This document shows, in pieces, positions 63,065 to 64,000 of a DNA stretch of 64,000 nt. Source of the DNA: Carcharhinus longimanus. Lineage: Eukaryota. A program made the translations under genes and the position numbers. The stretch lies in assembly GCA_030264375.1 (NCBI GenBank), contig JASCQW010000098.1, positions 45,154,745 through 45,218,744 of the forward strand. Direction: 5' to 3'. Within the stretch, counting starts at the first letter, position 1, and the number at the start of each line of letters is the position of its first letter. Below the pieces are notes generated by a model. That model saw only the letters and a list, made by a program, of their open reading frames with translations, was not told where the DNA came from and did not search any database.

Positions 63065-63245
63065 AGCTACATCACAAAAACAGATTCTCACGTTGTTGCT
63101 TGTGGGAGCTCATGGTGTGCAAATTGGCTGCTGCGTTTTCTACATTACAACAGTACCTACCTTTCAAAGTAATTGATCGGCTGTAAAACATGATGGGGTA
63201 TTCTGAGCTTGTGAAAGGTGTTATCAGTACTTGTCTTTCTTTTTT
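63065..63245 (+). mobile_element. Deu-domain SINE (SacSINE1/AmnSINE1/SINE3 superfamily), 3' half
   Basis: AAAAACAGATT...TTGTGGGAGCT...GTGCAAATTGGCTGCTGCGTTTTCTACATTACAACAGT...GGCTGTAAA. Confidence 0.75.
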
Positions 63246-63384
63246 TAATCATCTACTTGCTTTCTCAACTACATATAGAGCTCCAAGCTGTCACTCAGTA
63301 TATGAAAAGTATTACAAGAACATAATTAGTAGCTATTTGTTGCAGTACCAATGTTTCCACAGCTGGTATGTCTGATATTCTGAC

Positions 63385-64000
63385 AGTAGTTCACAATCTC
63401 TCCCTTAATGTCAGCAAGATGAAGGAGATAATCTGATTTCAGGAAGCATGGCAGAGGACATACCTCTGTCCGCATCAACAGTGATGAAATGGATATGGTC
63501 GAGAACTTCAAGTTTCTGGGTGTCCAGATCACTAATACCTGGTCCTAATCCCTCCACGCCGACACTACAGTTAAGAAAGCTCACCAATGTCTCTACCTTC
63601 ACAGGAGGCTAAGGAAATTTGGCAGGTCACAGCTACAACTCTCACCAACCTTTACAGATACATCCAGAAAGAATGCTTTCTATGGCGCATCAGAGCTTGG
63701 TATGGCTTCTGCTCTGTGCATGACCGCAAGAAACTACAAAGGATCCTGAACAAAGGCCAGTCCATCAAGCAAATCAGCCTCCCATCCATTGACACTGCAT
63801 ACACTTCCCACTGCTTTGGAAAATCAGCCAGCATAATTAAGGACCCAATGCACCCTGGACATACTCTTCCACCTTCTTCCGTCAGAAAAAAAATTACAAA
63901 AGTCTGAGGTCACGTACCAACCAACTCAAGAACAGCTTCTTTCCTGCTGCCATCAGACTTTTGAATGGACCTACCTCCTGTTAAGTTGATCCTTCTCTAC
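63385..64000 (+). mobile_element. Rex1/Babar LINE 3' portion
   Basis: MVENFKFLGVQIT, AWYGFCSVHDRKKLQR, IIKDPMHPGH, LKNSFFPAAIRLLN. Confidence 0.9.

Overview
AT-rich vertebrate genomic DNA, almost certainly a shark. This inference rests on the repeats: HE1-like V-SINEs, CR1/HER1 LINEs, a Deu-domain SINE and abundant Penelope-like termini. I found no intact protein-coding gene, rRNA, true tRNA or CRISPR array. Most of the window is decayed, often nested transposable elements: CR1, a second CR1/L2-group LINE (Crack-like), Rex1/Babar, RTE, Vingi-like, L2, Penelope-like elements (PLEs), a Gypsy provirus, two solo LTRs, PIF/Harbinger transposase and Myb remnants with a matching MITE family, a pogo transposase, and four SINE types. 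The N runs mostly lie in young repeats and create the artefactual long ORFs. The strongest signal is a set of minimal type-I hammerhead ribozyme (HHR) motifs in three different PLE terminal-repeat families. One copy has an intact catalytic core (45678-45713, minus strand), and one ~90-bp insertion with a target-site duplication (TSD) is essentially HHR plus terminus. Weaker leads are a 1.9-kb repeat-free island with a candidate minus-strand exon, an unexplained 130-bp local duplication, an inversion inside the Gypsy provirus and a two-state hairpin. Family names come from motif recognition by eye, not database searches. Boundaries are approximate (about 10-30 bp) unless a TSD is quoted.
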